A DNA stretch of 64,000 nucleotides, taken from NCBI RefSeq assembly GCF_009914755.1, contig NC_060928.1; one strand, given 5' to 3'. Numbering within the stretch: position 1 is the stretch's first letter; each line of letters starts with the position of its first letter. The notes below the pieces were generated by a model that saw only the letters and a program-made list of their open reading frames with translations, did not search any database and was not told the DNA's origin. Source of the DNA: the human T2T-CHM13v2.0 reference genome, Homo sapiens. Both the position numbers and the translations under genes were made by a program. Shown here piece by piece: positions 42,987 through 55,676 of the stretch.

Positions 42987-44037
42987 TATTGGGGGAACCA
43001 GCCCCCAATGTTTCAACATAGGTTCTTTCTATTTTCCCTAAGTGTCGGCTGGTCTGAGAAATAAAGAGAAAGAGTACAAAGAGAGAAATTTTATAGCTGG
43101 GACTCCGGGACTGTCATCACATATTGGTAGGACCATGATGGCAACCCCGAGCTGCAAAACCAGAAAGTTTTTATTAGGGATTTTAAAAGGGGTGGGTGTG
43201 TGTGAACAGGGAGTAGGTCACAAGGATCACATGCTTCAAAGGGCAATAAAGATCACAAGGCAAAGGCAAAATTAGAATTACTGATGAGGGTCTATGTCCC
43301 ACTGTGCACACATTGTCTTGATAAACATCTTAACAGGAATCAGGGTTCGAGAGCAGACAATGGGTCTGACTAGAATTTACCAGGTTGGAATTTCCCAATC
43401 CTAGTAAGCCTGAGGGTACCGCAGGGGATGAGGTGTATTTCAGTCCTTATCTCAATCGCATAAGACAGACACTCCCAGAGCGGCCATCTATAGACCTACC
43501 CCCAGGAATTTATTACTTCCCCAGGGTTATTCCTTGCTGGGAAAATAATTCAGTGATATTTCTCCTACTCACACATCCATCTATAGGCTTTCTGCTAGAA
43601 GAAAAATATGGCTCTATTCTGCCTGACCCCACAGGCAGCCAGACCTTATGGTTATCTTCCCTTGTTCCCTGAAAATCACTGTTATTCTGTTCTTTTTCAG
43701 GGTGCACTGATTTCATATTGTGCAAACACATGTTTTACAATCCATTTGTACAACAGTGGTCCTGAGGTGACGTACATTCTCAGCTTACGAAGATATCAGG
43801 ATTAAGAGATTAAAGTAAAGACAGGCATAAGAAATTATAAGAGTATTGATTGGGGAAGTGATAAATGTCCATGAAATCTTCACAATTTATGTTCAGAGAT
43901 TGCAGTAAAGACAGGCATAAGAAATTATGAAACTATTAATTTTGGGAACTGATAAATGTCCATGAAATCTTCACAATTTATGGTCTGCCTCAGCTCCAGC
44001 TGGTCCCTCTGTTTGGGGTCCCTGACTTCCCACAACA
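42987..44037 (-). mobile_element. MER11 solo LTR (HERV-K11/HML-8)
   Basis: Right end gggtccctgacttcccacaaca is the reverse complement of the MER11 5' end; perfect 6-bp TSD tagaat at 42981-86 and 44038-43; internal ~90-bp repeat. Confidence 0.95.
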
Positions 44038-44724
44038 TAGAATCTTTTTTAGAAGCAGCTATTTATTTTTTAATACTTGGTGCTCTCCTTTGGACTAATA
44101 TGTCTAAGTGTGTGGTAGTAGGGAGCATAGCTGCATATCAGAATTGGGGGAAGAGGAGGACTCTTTTCAGACTGTTACTCACTTAGAGGTTCTAATATCC
44201 ACCTTCACTCTCTCCAGTTGAGAATCTCATTTTAAATGAACTACAGAGGTAGAATCTTAGAGATCAGTATATTACGTTCCTCGGGTCACTGGGTCTGAAA
44301 GATTTGAAGACCATTGTTTTGGAGTCATTTTAATTCCCTATTGCCATGCTCATTTATGGCTCCACCAGGTCCTTCATTGACCTGGCATTGAAAACATTAC
44401 CTCAGCATCTTGTAACTACCCTCTAGCTACCTAAGGCCTGTTGTCTTTTGTGAATCTTCTCTCCCATTATGCTCCTTTTCTTTCTCCATCCCACATGGAA
44501 ATACTCTACTTAACCTATTAGAAAATGTGCCTGATATGTAAACCTTATCACAGAGCAAAGCTTTCAAGTTGCCATTCTTTAATACACTCATTTAATCCTA
44601 AAATAGTTAAGGACCATCTCCATATGCCAGGCCCTGCAAGATAGCTAAGATTACCATGATGACGAAGACCCAGAAATAGCCATGAAAGAATGTAGGGTTT
44701 AGGCAGAGCTTATTTCCCGAAATG

Positions 44725-44885
44725 CCATTCTGAAAGCTTTACTACTCAACATGTAGGTCCCATGACATTGTTTTAGAAATGCTGAATCTTAGGCTCCACT
44801 CCAAACCTATTCAATCAGATTCCGAACTTAAACAAGAAACACAGGTATGTGGGTATACACATTAAACTTTGAGAATTATTGCCTT
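44725..44885. mobile_element. MER5A/B fragment
   Basis: ttagaaatgctgaatcttaggctccactccaaaccta...cacattaaactttgagaa. Confidence 0.7.
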
Positions 44886-46369
44886 AAAATGCTAATTCTA
44901 TGATATGTTCTACTATTAAAAAATCTTCTTTGTTTCATTCAATTTCAAAAGTTCTGGGTTAAAGCCAGTTTTAAAAGGTTTCTGTATTGAATAGCTTTAC
45001 AGAGGTTTTAATGTAATCATTTTTCATTTTAAGCTACAAGAAGCACACATGTTCAAAGAAGTGCTTTGTGTTTCCCAACACTTTGACCAGGAAACCCCCT
45101 TTAATCCAGAATACTTAAAATAACTAGGACTTTAGAGAATGCCTCTTGGAAAAATTGGAGTCACATAATTTTTTTCTGCTTTTTTCTTAATTTTCACATT
45201 TCTGAGAAAGTTTTCATTTTATTATTTTTATACTCTATTATAACACACACCCTTATGTCCATTTTTTCTAGTATTAGAAACATTTCTGGCATTTAAACTT
45301 ACCCTCTTCTGTCTCAGTCCATATAGCTTGAGTGGGATTGACCTGTCCCCAAGGCATGAGTGAGCTTGTGACTCAGGACTGTGCAATCAATCACTGTAGT
45401 TTTGGTTCAAGGACAGGCATATCAACTGTATTGGGCCAGTTAAGTTTGCTGTAGGATTTTCTGGGGGAAAGTGGAGAAACAGAATACATTAGATGACTAT
45501 TGTCTCGAGGTCATAATAATATCGTAAGCACTTGGATATAGCTAGGCTGCAGATTGCTCTCTTGACTTCCATCCTTTTGAAAGTTATTTTGACTTAGGCC
45601 TCTGTTGTTTTTAACAGTAAGAGCCCTTTTTTAATGCATATAGTTCATTTAATGTACTACTAAGACAAATATTGGACCCTTTTAAATGACTTGTACTGTA
45701 GATGGCAGGTAGATAAATCATGCAAGGCAGGTCACCTTGTTAGCCAATGTTCCTCTGATGTCCATTGTAGATGCTGGGGTTAGGATCCACTCTAGGGACA
45801 TGGATTTTTTACTTGTTGCCACTGGCAGTGGTCATTAGTGCTCTCATAAAAAGCATCTGGTGTCCCTAAAAACCTATCTAGAAGTAGTTGGCAAAACTGG
45901 CTGCTTCTCAGATTCATCTGGGAATCTTGTTAAACATTTAGACACTGGGACTACAAGAGAGCTCTTGGGGTAGAAGCTAGGAAGCTGTGTCTGTAACAGC
46001 CTCTCATCTGGTGATTCCTAGCACAGTAAGTCTGGCATTTGTCCATGAACGATGCTAGAAAACCCCTTCCCTTAGTGATCTTTGGCTCCTCCCTGGCTTT
46101 GTGTGCTCTGTTGCTGAATCAGTTTTTCTCCAATGTAGCCACACATAGAGCCCTCCACCTACAGAGGAACAAATCTTCCAGAGACAATGAACAGCAAGAA
46201 TTTATATTAAATCCCCCTGGGTATTTGTTTTTGTTTTTGTTTTTCGTTTGTTTGTTTTGTTTTGTTTTCCTGTTTCAGAGGGATCAGCTACATTTACAAT
46301 CTCAATATGTTTTGTCAGAATGTCAAACGTTTAAGTACATCGTTATGCATTATCTCATCAATCCTCATG

Positions 46370-46560
46370 TAGAGTTGCCCAATATTATATGTAATGTTCA
46401 GTTAAATTTGGATTTCAGATAAACTGTGCATTTGTTTTAGTATGTGTCCGAAATATTCCATGGGACATCCTCATATTATAAATGTGTTTGTCTCTTTTTA
46501 TCTGAAAATCAAATTTAACTGGATATAACGCATTTGTATTTGTTAAATCTGGGAACCCTA
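46370..46560. mobile_element. MER53 (palindromic hAT MITE) inserted into a MIR
   Basis: Termini tagagttgccc...gggaacccta; internal inverted pair cagttaaatttg.atttcagataa / ttatctgaaaatcaaatttaactg; 191 bp. Confidence 0.85.
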
Positions 46561-46945
46561 ATACCTCGTAACAACCTATGAGGAAGTTAGAGCAGGTGTT
46601 AGACTTTTCTAATTATACAGACAAGAAAACTGAAATTCTAAAAGTCCGTAAGTATTAGTGAGCTGTGGAGCAGAAACCAGAGCTAGATTTTCTCACCTCT
46701 GATCCAGGACTCTTATGTTTCACCCATCTGGCTTGAGCAATAGTTTAAAAGGATGATTGTGTGCTCCTAAGTACTTCACTTAGCTACTCCATTTTAGCAT
46801 ATATTAGGGGCATTGGGGTTATAAGGATGATTTAGTCTGTGTTCTGCCTTTGAGTTGATGATTAGATTATGACAAGTACTTTGAAAGAGGAAAACTATAT
46901 TTCTAATATATACATATATATATTCTAATATATTTATAATATCAA

Positions 46946-47240
46946 AGCCGGGCACAGTGGCTCATGCCTGTAATCACAGCACTTTGGGAGGCTGAGGCAG
47001 GTGGGTCACCTGAGGTGAGGAGTTTGAGATTAGCCTGACCAACATGGTGAAACCCTGTCTCTACTAAAAATACAAAAATTAGCCAGGTGTGGTGGCACTT
47101 GCCTGTAATCCCAGCTACTCAGGAGACTGAGGCAGGAGAATTGCTTGAATCTGGAAGGCGGAGGCAGTGGACTAAGATTGCGCCACTGCACTCCAGCTTA
47201 GGTGACAGACTGAGATTCTGTCTCAAAATAAATAAATAAA
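46946..47240 (+). mobile_element. AluS, full length
   Basis: Dimeric Alu with (AAAT)n tail. Confidence 0.95.
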
Positions 47241-47469
47241 CCAATAAAACCTACGTTTCTATAAACCAGTAGATTCCCAGAAAATTGGTGGAAAGTACAT
47301 TTATTTAAATATTGGCTAAGTAGAAACCTTTATTGATTTGAAAACAGTCCAGTGAGCATAGCATAATCCATAAAATGAATAAGAGCTAAGTATAAATCTT
47401 TAGTTGATTAGGAACTAGGAGGCTGTCTTCCTTGATTGAGTTGCAGAGCTAAGAATTAATATCATGGAC

Positions 47470-47710
47470 TAGGGGTTCAAAACTTGCACATGAAAGTTAA
47501 ATTACTTGGGCTCAAACCTGGTTCTATCTATCCTAATTCTGTTACCTTAGACAAATTGCTTAACTTCTGCTACTCAGTTTCTCGCCTGTAAAATGGGACT
47601 AATTAGCATAACCATTTTATAGGGTTGTTAGGAAGACTAATTAATTTAATGCATGTGGAGTGTTTTACAATGGTGTTTGGTAAGTGATAAATAAACTTCT
47701 ACTATTATTA
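47470..47710 (+). mobile_element. MIR
   Basis: tgggctcaaacctggttct...gttaccttagacaaattgcttaac...ctcagtttctcgcctgtaaaatggga. Confidence 0.8.
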
Positions 47711-49559
47711 TTTTGTTCGTATAGCTGCTGCTTTACACATGTACTGCAATTATTCCAGATGTTCCCTTGCTCCATATTACCTCTCTTACTGATTCCATTA
47801 ACTGCTACAATGAGTCACATAACTTCAAACAGACGTTTGCATCGAATTTTCCATTTATGAATAGACTGCAGAGGCTATACATGGTGGAGGCCTAGACTGG
47901 TGCATAAGATGTCAAATTCTACCCCAAATATTAAGAAGCAGCATAAGTACTCTGCTTATGCTCACGGGCAATGTGGTTTCCTATGTCCATCTAGTCTTTC
48001 AAGCTAGAGATAGTTCAGGGAAGAAATTGCTTTGAAAACATAAATTCGTCATACATTTAAGCTTTGTGTCTTATCTTCATTTAGTTCGTCAGTGGAAGAA
48101 TCCTGAAAATTTGAAACAATAAGATATACAGCCAACTTGGAGTCCATGAATCTGAGCATTTCAGACTAAGGTTTTGGTCCTTTGAACACGTACTCCAAAA
48201 ACAAGTCTGGCTATCATAGCCAGCTTCTGCGATGTAGTGTATTCCCCACATCTGCCAAGAGTTTGAGCATGCGAAGGGTTCTGTGCCCTTTTTTCAGCTG
48301 ATTGCTCTACCCCATTATTGCTGACTTTAAAATATTCAAACTACTAATGTAATATGTAGCACCTGCAAATACTGTAAACTATTAGCAGGATGGTAATGAA
48401 AATTGACTGCAAATGTAATGACAACAGGTGAAATTATTCATAGCCTGCTCATGGAGCAAACCTAAGAAATAAACTCAATGGGCATAAATGGAATAAGTTC
48501 ATGACAAATAGGAAAGTATCCCAAACTGCTAAAGTAATAAAAGCAAATATAATAAATCTTTCCTACAAATATAATAAGGTCCCTAACTGTAAATGTAATA
48601 AAACCTATCAACAGCTGCAATATGTTTCGAACATATTATATAGCTTTACAAAGAATTATACCCCCTGCTGGTACAGCCTCAACAATGTCATGCTTTGTCT
48701 TTTTCCAGTGAGTCCAAATCTAGCACACTGCATGTTGCCCTGTGTATATTAAGTATGACAGAGTGTTACTATAACCAGGTTTGAACTGAAAATGAAATGC
48801 TCAATCCAGATGTGCTCTTTGGCCATTCTGCAAGCAGAGCCAAAGGCTGCGGATCTCCCACCAGGGGCTGAAATGCTGCCAGGAAAGCTAAGCATGGGAG
48901 GTGAGGAATTGATGAATTGCTGGATAACCTTTGTGTAGCTTGGATATGATGTCTGCATCAGGAAAGTGAGCAGTACATATGACTAAGGGAATGGGGACAG
49001 AGGGATTGGAGTGGGAAAAGTGTGGTATGAGGACCTTCTGTAAAGATCATGTATATGCCAGGCACAGTGCCACGTATTTCGTATCTTTCCATCCTTCCTC
49101 CCTTTTTTCCTTCTTTCTGCAATTCAGCAAATATCTGTTGAATGCTTGCCAGTTTATAGCTACTAATTATATTCTAGGAATAAAGGAGAAAATAATAAAG
49201 TAATCATTACGGAACCCATGAGACCCTTAAACCCTATAGGAGAATCAGAAAGTAAGCAGGAAATTCAAATACAATGCAATTAAAGCCATTACTCGGCAAG
49301 AGCTGAGAGTCTGGGACAGAAATCTGAGGAATATCAACATTTAAGAGATGGGCAGAGTTATATCAAATTTCTCTCTTCACATCTTCTCTCAGATTCAGCC
49401 AGTTCCCTTTTTTATGTTATGTATTAAATATAATACTAAGAACCAAGCAGAAATAGGTTACCAGGAACAGCAACGGGACATCATGGCTATAAACCCTAAA
49501 TCTTGCTAATCTACAAACCCTATAGCTTCTTCTAAACTAAATGTACATTTTCTTCTAAA

Positions 49560-52500
49560 GTATTTTATTACAGGTTTCTCAAATATATATATATATAAAA
49601 CAATCAACATGTGAGTTTATGACAACCATTGACATAATTCCACCTCTCACACCCGCCTTTTGCAGCATGCCATAAAATAACCAATATTAACACCTGGTTT
49701 GTATGGTACCAGGTCTTATTTCTTCATAGAAGCTTAAATATACGCACATAAAGTTTTTGCAGTTTTTCATATACATATTACTTTGCATCTTGCTTTACTC
49801 AGTAATATGGATTAGCTATTAGATAAATAAATACACAGCTAACACATTAATTTAGCTGCATACCAAAGGCTAGAATAAGCATTATAGGCTGCATACTATT
49901 ACATGCACTGATTTTTCTCAATTAACCAACATTTGGGTTCTTAGGTTTTTTTTTTTCCTTATTCTTTATTGTTTGTTTACTTTTTTTTGCAGGACCAAAA
50001 AAGCAAAAAACAAGAAACAAAAACACACAAACCAGACAACTAAAACAATAATAACAAAAATCTGCAATAGGTATTTTTGTACATATTGCTTTAAAAACAT
50101 GAGATTCAGGCCAGGCGTGGTGGCTTACTCCTGTAATCCCAGCACTTAAGTCTGGAGGTGGGAAGATCACGAGGTCAGGAGTTTGAAACCAGCCTGACCA
50201 ACATGGTGAAACCCTGTCTCTACTAAAAATACAAAAATTAGCCTGGCATGGGGGGGCAATAGTGAAAAGTTAAAGTGAAAATTTAAAGACTATGGAACTT
50301 TTATTTTGCAATAAGCAGTGGCAGATTACTTTTCAAAATTCAGGAGCAATTCACATTCTTATCAGAGATCATTATCTAGATACTAGCTCCAGGCTATATT
50401 TTACTTTACATCTTTTGGAAAGAGAGCTAAAACATGTTTTATCATTGTCTTCCAATTTCCACCTGTAACTGAGTTGCCATCTTTGTCTTTATTGGCTATT
50501 TGAATTTTTTATTCTACGAATTATCTGTTCATATAATTTTCTTAATTTATATATATATTTTTTTCATCATGGAACAGTCTTATGTATATTTGAAATAGTA
50601 ATTATCTTACTATATGGGTTGCAAATATTTTATTTTGTTCTTTGACTTTGTTAATGGAATTCTTTTTATGTCTATTTTCATTTGTGACATCTGGGTTTCC
50701 TCTCACTTTGGTGGGCCTACTCTTTCCCAAAAGAGCTACGCCAGAGCTCCTAAATTGTTCTAATGTATATATTTTTTAAAATTATTTTAAATATATGTGA
50801 AAAGTTATAAAATATACTTGCATATTACTATTTATTATTGGCATACTATTTTATATATATTTGTACACGTTATAATTATTTATATATGAGACAGTTAACC
50901 TATACATTAAAATTTTCTGTAAGAATTTTTTGTATGTGGTATGTGCTTTGTTTTCTTATAAGTTTCTAAACACTTATACTGGCTGTAAAATGAAGTACCA
51001 TTTTGCTAACTAATTAAATTATAACTTCTCAAATATTCAATCATATTTTCTTTTGGATCAGTTTTGAAGTAATTATTCTAATCAATATGACTATACCTAT
51101 GCTTTTGCCATACCATTTCTATTACAATAGCTTTAATGTAAGTTTGGTACTTGCTAAGGCAAATTTCCCTCCAGTATTCCTTTTTTTTTTCTTTTGGCCA
51201 CAATCAAATTTTATTTTTCCATGAACTTTTATATCAATATATCCAGTTTTAAAATAACTTTGTATTCTAATTTGATTTATAATATACTTATCTTGTAAAT
51301 ATGGAAGGATTTACATTTTTGTAAATTATAATCTTATTAAAACACATCGTTGCTCCTCTATTTGTTCAGATTTTAGATTATATATTTCCATCAGTGATTG
51401 TTGTTTTCTTCATCAGATTTTTCTCCATTTTTTATTTTAACTGGACAACAGTGGAAATACTATTATACTGAAGTCTTTATCAGTCTCTAATTTTAATGGT
51501 TCATCTTTTCTTTGTGTGTGTGTGTTTTTCTGTATGTATTGTTTTGTTTTAGTCAAATTATTTTGATGATTCTAGTTATAAAAATATATCATCTGTTAAG
51601 AGAAAAATTTCTTGTCCAATGATCATGTAGATTTATATACATATTTCATTCTTGACTTATTGTATTAACTAGCATTTTCAAACCATATAAAATTATGTTT
51701 TGCTCCTAATTTTAATGGAAATGATATTACATTTAATTCTTTAGAATGATTTTTCCTGTTTGTTTGAATAGTATTATGTCCACTATATTCCTTAGAATTT
51801 TTTAATAAAAAATGCCTGAATTGTACCAAATGTACTTTTAATACATTGCTATATTAATTTGTATTTTTCTTTTAAATATATTTATTTGATATATCATATG
51901 CAGTTATTATTTCGGTATTTGAATAATGTGGCTCGATTTCACTTATACTATACAGTCATTTTGTAATATGGGATTTAAATTCTAATTTTAAATTTAAAAT
52001 TGTACATTATCATTACAGTGATCAGCGCAGCTTTTTAAATCTTTTTTATCTTGATAAATTTGGATATTAAAGTTTCACTTGTTTCTAAAAATAAAATGGG
52101 GGCTTTCAATCTTTTGTGATCTATAAAATTCTTTCACAGCACTGGATTACCTGTTATTTAAAGATGATATAAAAATTATCTATAAAGATATCTAAGGTAA
52201 TTTATTTTTAAATGGCAAAATATTTCATTCATACCACTAATTTTTTTGTAGTTTATGTCTGTTTAACTTCTCTACTTTTTTAGGATCAATTTTGATAATT
52301 TGTACGTTGGTAAGTAATCATTCCTTTTTTTTTCCAAATTTTCCAATTTGTTGCCCTAGTTTTGCACACAATATTTGCACATAAGTATTTTAAACCTAAA
52401 AATATAATATGTCTCCTTTCCGATTTGTCATAATATGTAGTTTTGTTTTCTCTTTTGTTTCTTTAATTAAAATTTCATCAGTTTTGTGAGCCTTTTTAAA

Positions 52501-53000
52501 AAATCAAATCACAGGGTTTTAAAAAATCATATCTATAAATTATTTTTGTTTTCCATATTTCAATAACTCATGTTTTTATAGGTTGCTATCCTTTGATTTT
52601 CAAGAACTGTAGACAATAGCTAAATTTTGCAAGGATGGTAAATTAGTAATGACCAAAATTTATTCACAAATATTGTAGCTTCTCCTAATTCAAATATATA
52701 TACCAGTAAATTTTAGTCTAGTTGCTATGATTATGTATTCATTATTTTATATTTATTGTGCCTTTATTGTTACTTTTAGTTATTTTTCAGTTATACGTGT
52801 GTTAACCTCTTTGTTTTCATATATGGACAGTAATATATAAATTGGGTTGATTTTCCAGATTCTAGACATTTATATCCTCCCCTCTTCTTGCAATTACTTA
52901 TTTGTGAATTAAAACTGCTCTCAATTAGCAGGAATAATATATAGTACATAAATAAACAATATTGTCTAAATCTTTCTTCTCTGTTTTGAATTATTTCCTT
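49560..53000 (-). mobile_element. Very old L1M (L1ME-like) relic, fragmented
   Basis: Long T-rich tract with L1 antisense motifs (ttatctgttcatat, gggttgcaaatatttt, attacaatagctttaat). Limits approximate. Confidence 0.6.
50109..50257 (+). mobile_element. Alu left arm only, 3'-truncated (no right arm or tail)
   Basis: ggccaggcgtggtggct...tactaaaaatacaaaaattagcctggcatgg, then an abrupt end. Confidence 0.9.
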
Positions 53001-53021
53001 GAACTATATCACAGATATGGT

Positions 53022-54092
53022 TGTAACAGACAAATAGATCTTCAGGTGTTCCCCATAAACTCCACTTTCTATTTTTCACAGCCTTGTTCAGTTTCCTCCC
53101 TTTACATGTAGTGCCGAAACTAGCCCAGTTGTACCATAGAAGTGCTGTCTACTGTTTTTCGGATAAACATAGAAACTGACTCTCCTGGTCTTAAAGCTTG
53201 AAACTTAAATTTGTCTCATCTGAGTTCCTTCCCCAGGAAACCGGCCTTCAGGCCTCCCAGGTGGTATTAGGGAACTGAAACTCACCAGATCGCTGCATCC
53301 AGACAATGAGATACCAGGCTCCTCACTCATCATGACTACCTAAGCAACCACTGGCTTCCTGCTGACCAGCTCCTCTTCCTTACCCCTCCCTAATTCCTGT
53401 GTTCCTACACATAGTTAACTTCTCCCCTGCTATATGAACCCCTAAACTTAGCCAGTTGACGAGACAGATTTGAGACTGATCTGTTCTCCTTAACCAAAGC
53501 ACCTGAAGAAAGCTTTCTTCCCCAGCAATACTCATTGTCTCAGTGATTGGCTTTCTGTGCAGTGAGCAGCAGGACCTAGACTGAAACCCTGGCATTTAGG
53601 CAGCAGTGGTGGCCTGTGACTTTAAACAGCAGAATATGGCAAAAGTGATGGAATGTATGTGATTACGTGTATATGATTACGTTTACATAAAATTGTAGTG
53701 CCTGTCTTACCAGAGTATCTCCCTGCTGGCTTTGAGGGAGCAAGTGGCTATGTTGGGAAGCCCTGTGTGGCAAGGGATAGTGGATGGTATCTGGGAAGTG
53801 AGGGTGGTCTCCACAGCCGACAACCAACAAGAAACAAATGCCCCCAGTGTTACTACTGCAAAAAACTGAAGTCTACAAACAACTCAAATGAAGGTGGAAG
53901 TGAATCATTTCCGTTCGAACCTGTGATATGACTTCATTCCTGGCTGACACCTTGATTGCAGCCTGTGCATCCCTTAGAGAATCTAGCTAAGTCATGCCCA
54001 GACTCCTGACCTACAAAACGTGATACAAGAAATATGTGTCATTATAAGCTGCTAAGTATTTAGAAGTACTGTCATGTATCAATAAAAATACA
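53022..54092 (+). mobile_element. MLT1E/F-like LTR split by a nested LTR
   Basis: cctgtgact...agaatatggcaaaagtgatgg...ctggctgacaccttgattgcagcctgtg...agctaagtcatgcccagactcctgacc...aataca. Confidence 0.75.
53108..53605 (+). mobile_element. ERV solo LTR (LTR47-like, family tentative) nested in MLT1
   Basis: ataaacatagaaactgac...ggaactgaaactcaccagatc...gcaatactcattgtctcagtgattggctttctgtgc. Confidence 0.65.
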
Positions 54093-54333
54093 GGAGTATT
54101 ATCAGGTCATATGGTAGCATCTCTCCAATACAGTAAGACATTTTAAAACTTATCTCCAGAAAGATTGTCAGCATTAGGTAAAATAAAAATGTTGGAGCTA
54201 TCAAAATGTATCTATTTCAATCGCGCCTTTTCATGTTAAGTAATCATTTCAAATTTTAATTTTTAAAATAAAATTTTATTTTAAAATTTAATTTGCATAT
54301 ATGTACATAAATATATATTTGCATATATATATG

Positions 54334-54669
54334 CAGTCTTTCCTTAGTATCTGTGGGGAATTGGTTCTAGAATTCCCTGCAGATACAAAAACATCCATGA
54401 ATGTTTAAGTCAATTATATTAAATGGTGTAGTATTGACATATAACCTATGTACATCCTCCTGTATACTTTAAATCATCTCCAGATTACTTATAATACTTA
54501 ATATAATGTAAATGCTGTGTAAATCATTGTTATATTGTATTAAGGAAAAATAACAAGGAAACAGTTTGTACATGATTAGTTCAGACATATATATCCATTT
54601 AAAAACATTTTTTGATATGCAATTTTTTGAATTCACCCATGCAGAAACCATGGATACAGAGGGTACATG
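54334..54669. mobile_element. MER2 (Tigger MITE)
   Basis: cagtc...gtatctgtgggg.attggttc...catataacctatgtacatcctcctgtatactttaaatcatctc...catggatacagaggg. Confidence 0.9.
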
Positions 54670-55099
54670 TATATATATTCAAACATGTAGTTGCTCATTA
54701 ATGAGGCTAAAAAATTGTCAAGGTTTTATTTGCTATTTGTTTTATCACTGGTGTGAACTGTCAGCTCCCTTCCTTTGTCTCCTGGCTAAGTTTGAGAATT
54801 AAATTAATAGAATTTTTAAAAGCAGTTCTGAAATATTTTGGAGTGCAAATGTTTGTCACAGTAGTCAAAAATTTTTCCTTCACTTTATTTAGGCAATTTC
54901 TATATTATGAAAATATCTTCTTTGCTTTTAATTGCCTCTCTGGATATCCCCATCAAATATGGAAATCAAATATTTAATGTAAAATGGCATTTTTTGAGCA
55001 CCCATTATATGCCAGACAGTTTGTGCATGACACATGGTCCTTGAGTGGTGACATGTCCATGAATCTCCAGCATTGTACGCACTGACTAGGATATACTAT

Positions 55100-55676
55100 T
55101 GTGTCCGGAATTTATTCCTTCTGGTGGGTTCTTTGTCTCGCTGACTTCAAGAATGAAGCCGCAGACCCTCATGTTGAGTGTTATAGTTCTTAAAGATGGT
55201 GTGTTCCTTCAGATATTCAGATGTGCCCGGACTTTCTTCCTTCCAGTGGGTTCATGGCTTCAGAAGTGAAGCCGCAGACCTTTGCAGTGAGTGTTACAGC
55301 TCATAAAGGTAGTGTGGACCCAAAGAGTGAGCAACAGCAAGATTTATTGTGAAGAGCGAAAGAACAAAGCTTCCACAGTGTGGAAAGGGACCCAAGCAGG
55401 TTGCTGCTGCTGGCTTGGGTGGCCAGCTTTTATTCCCTTATTTGGGAATAATTTATTCCCACCCATGTCCTGCTGATTGGTCCATTTTACAGAGTGCTGA
55501 TTGGTCCATTTTACAGAGTGCTGATTGGTGCATTTATAATCATTTAGCTAGACACAGAGTGCTGATTAGTGCATTTTTACAGAGTGCTGATTGGCGCATT
55601 TACAATCCTTTAGCTAGACAGGAAAGTTCTCCATGTCCCCACTCAATCCAGGAAGTCCAGCTGGCTTCACCTCTCA
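55100..55676 (-). mobile_element. LTR12-family (HERV9) solo LTR
   Basis: tgtgtccgg...cagctggcttcacctctca; tandem gctgattgg units; perfect 4-bp TSD ctat at 55096-99 and 55677-80. Confidence 0.95.

Noticed and set aside
43810-43982. ~90-bp tandem repeat as a novel minisatellite
   Set aside because: It is an intrinsic part of the MER11 LTR
46039-46422. 127-aa ORF (and the 125-aa ORF at 57712-58089)
   Set aside because: Non-ATG starts, no recognisable domain; the first is low-complexity and overlaps repeats; consistent with chance
48858-48870. CTCF-like motif ccaccaggggctg
   Set aside because: One G short of the core CCACCAGGGGGC; too weak to call from sequence
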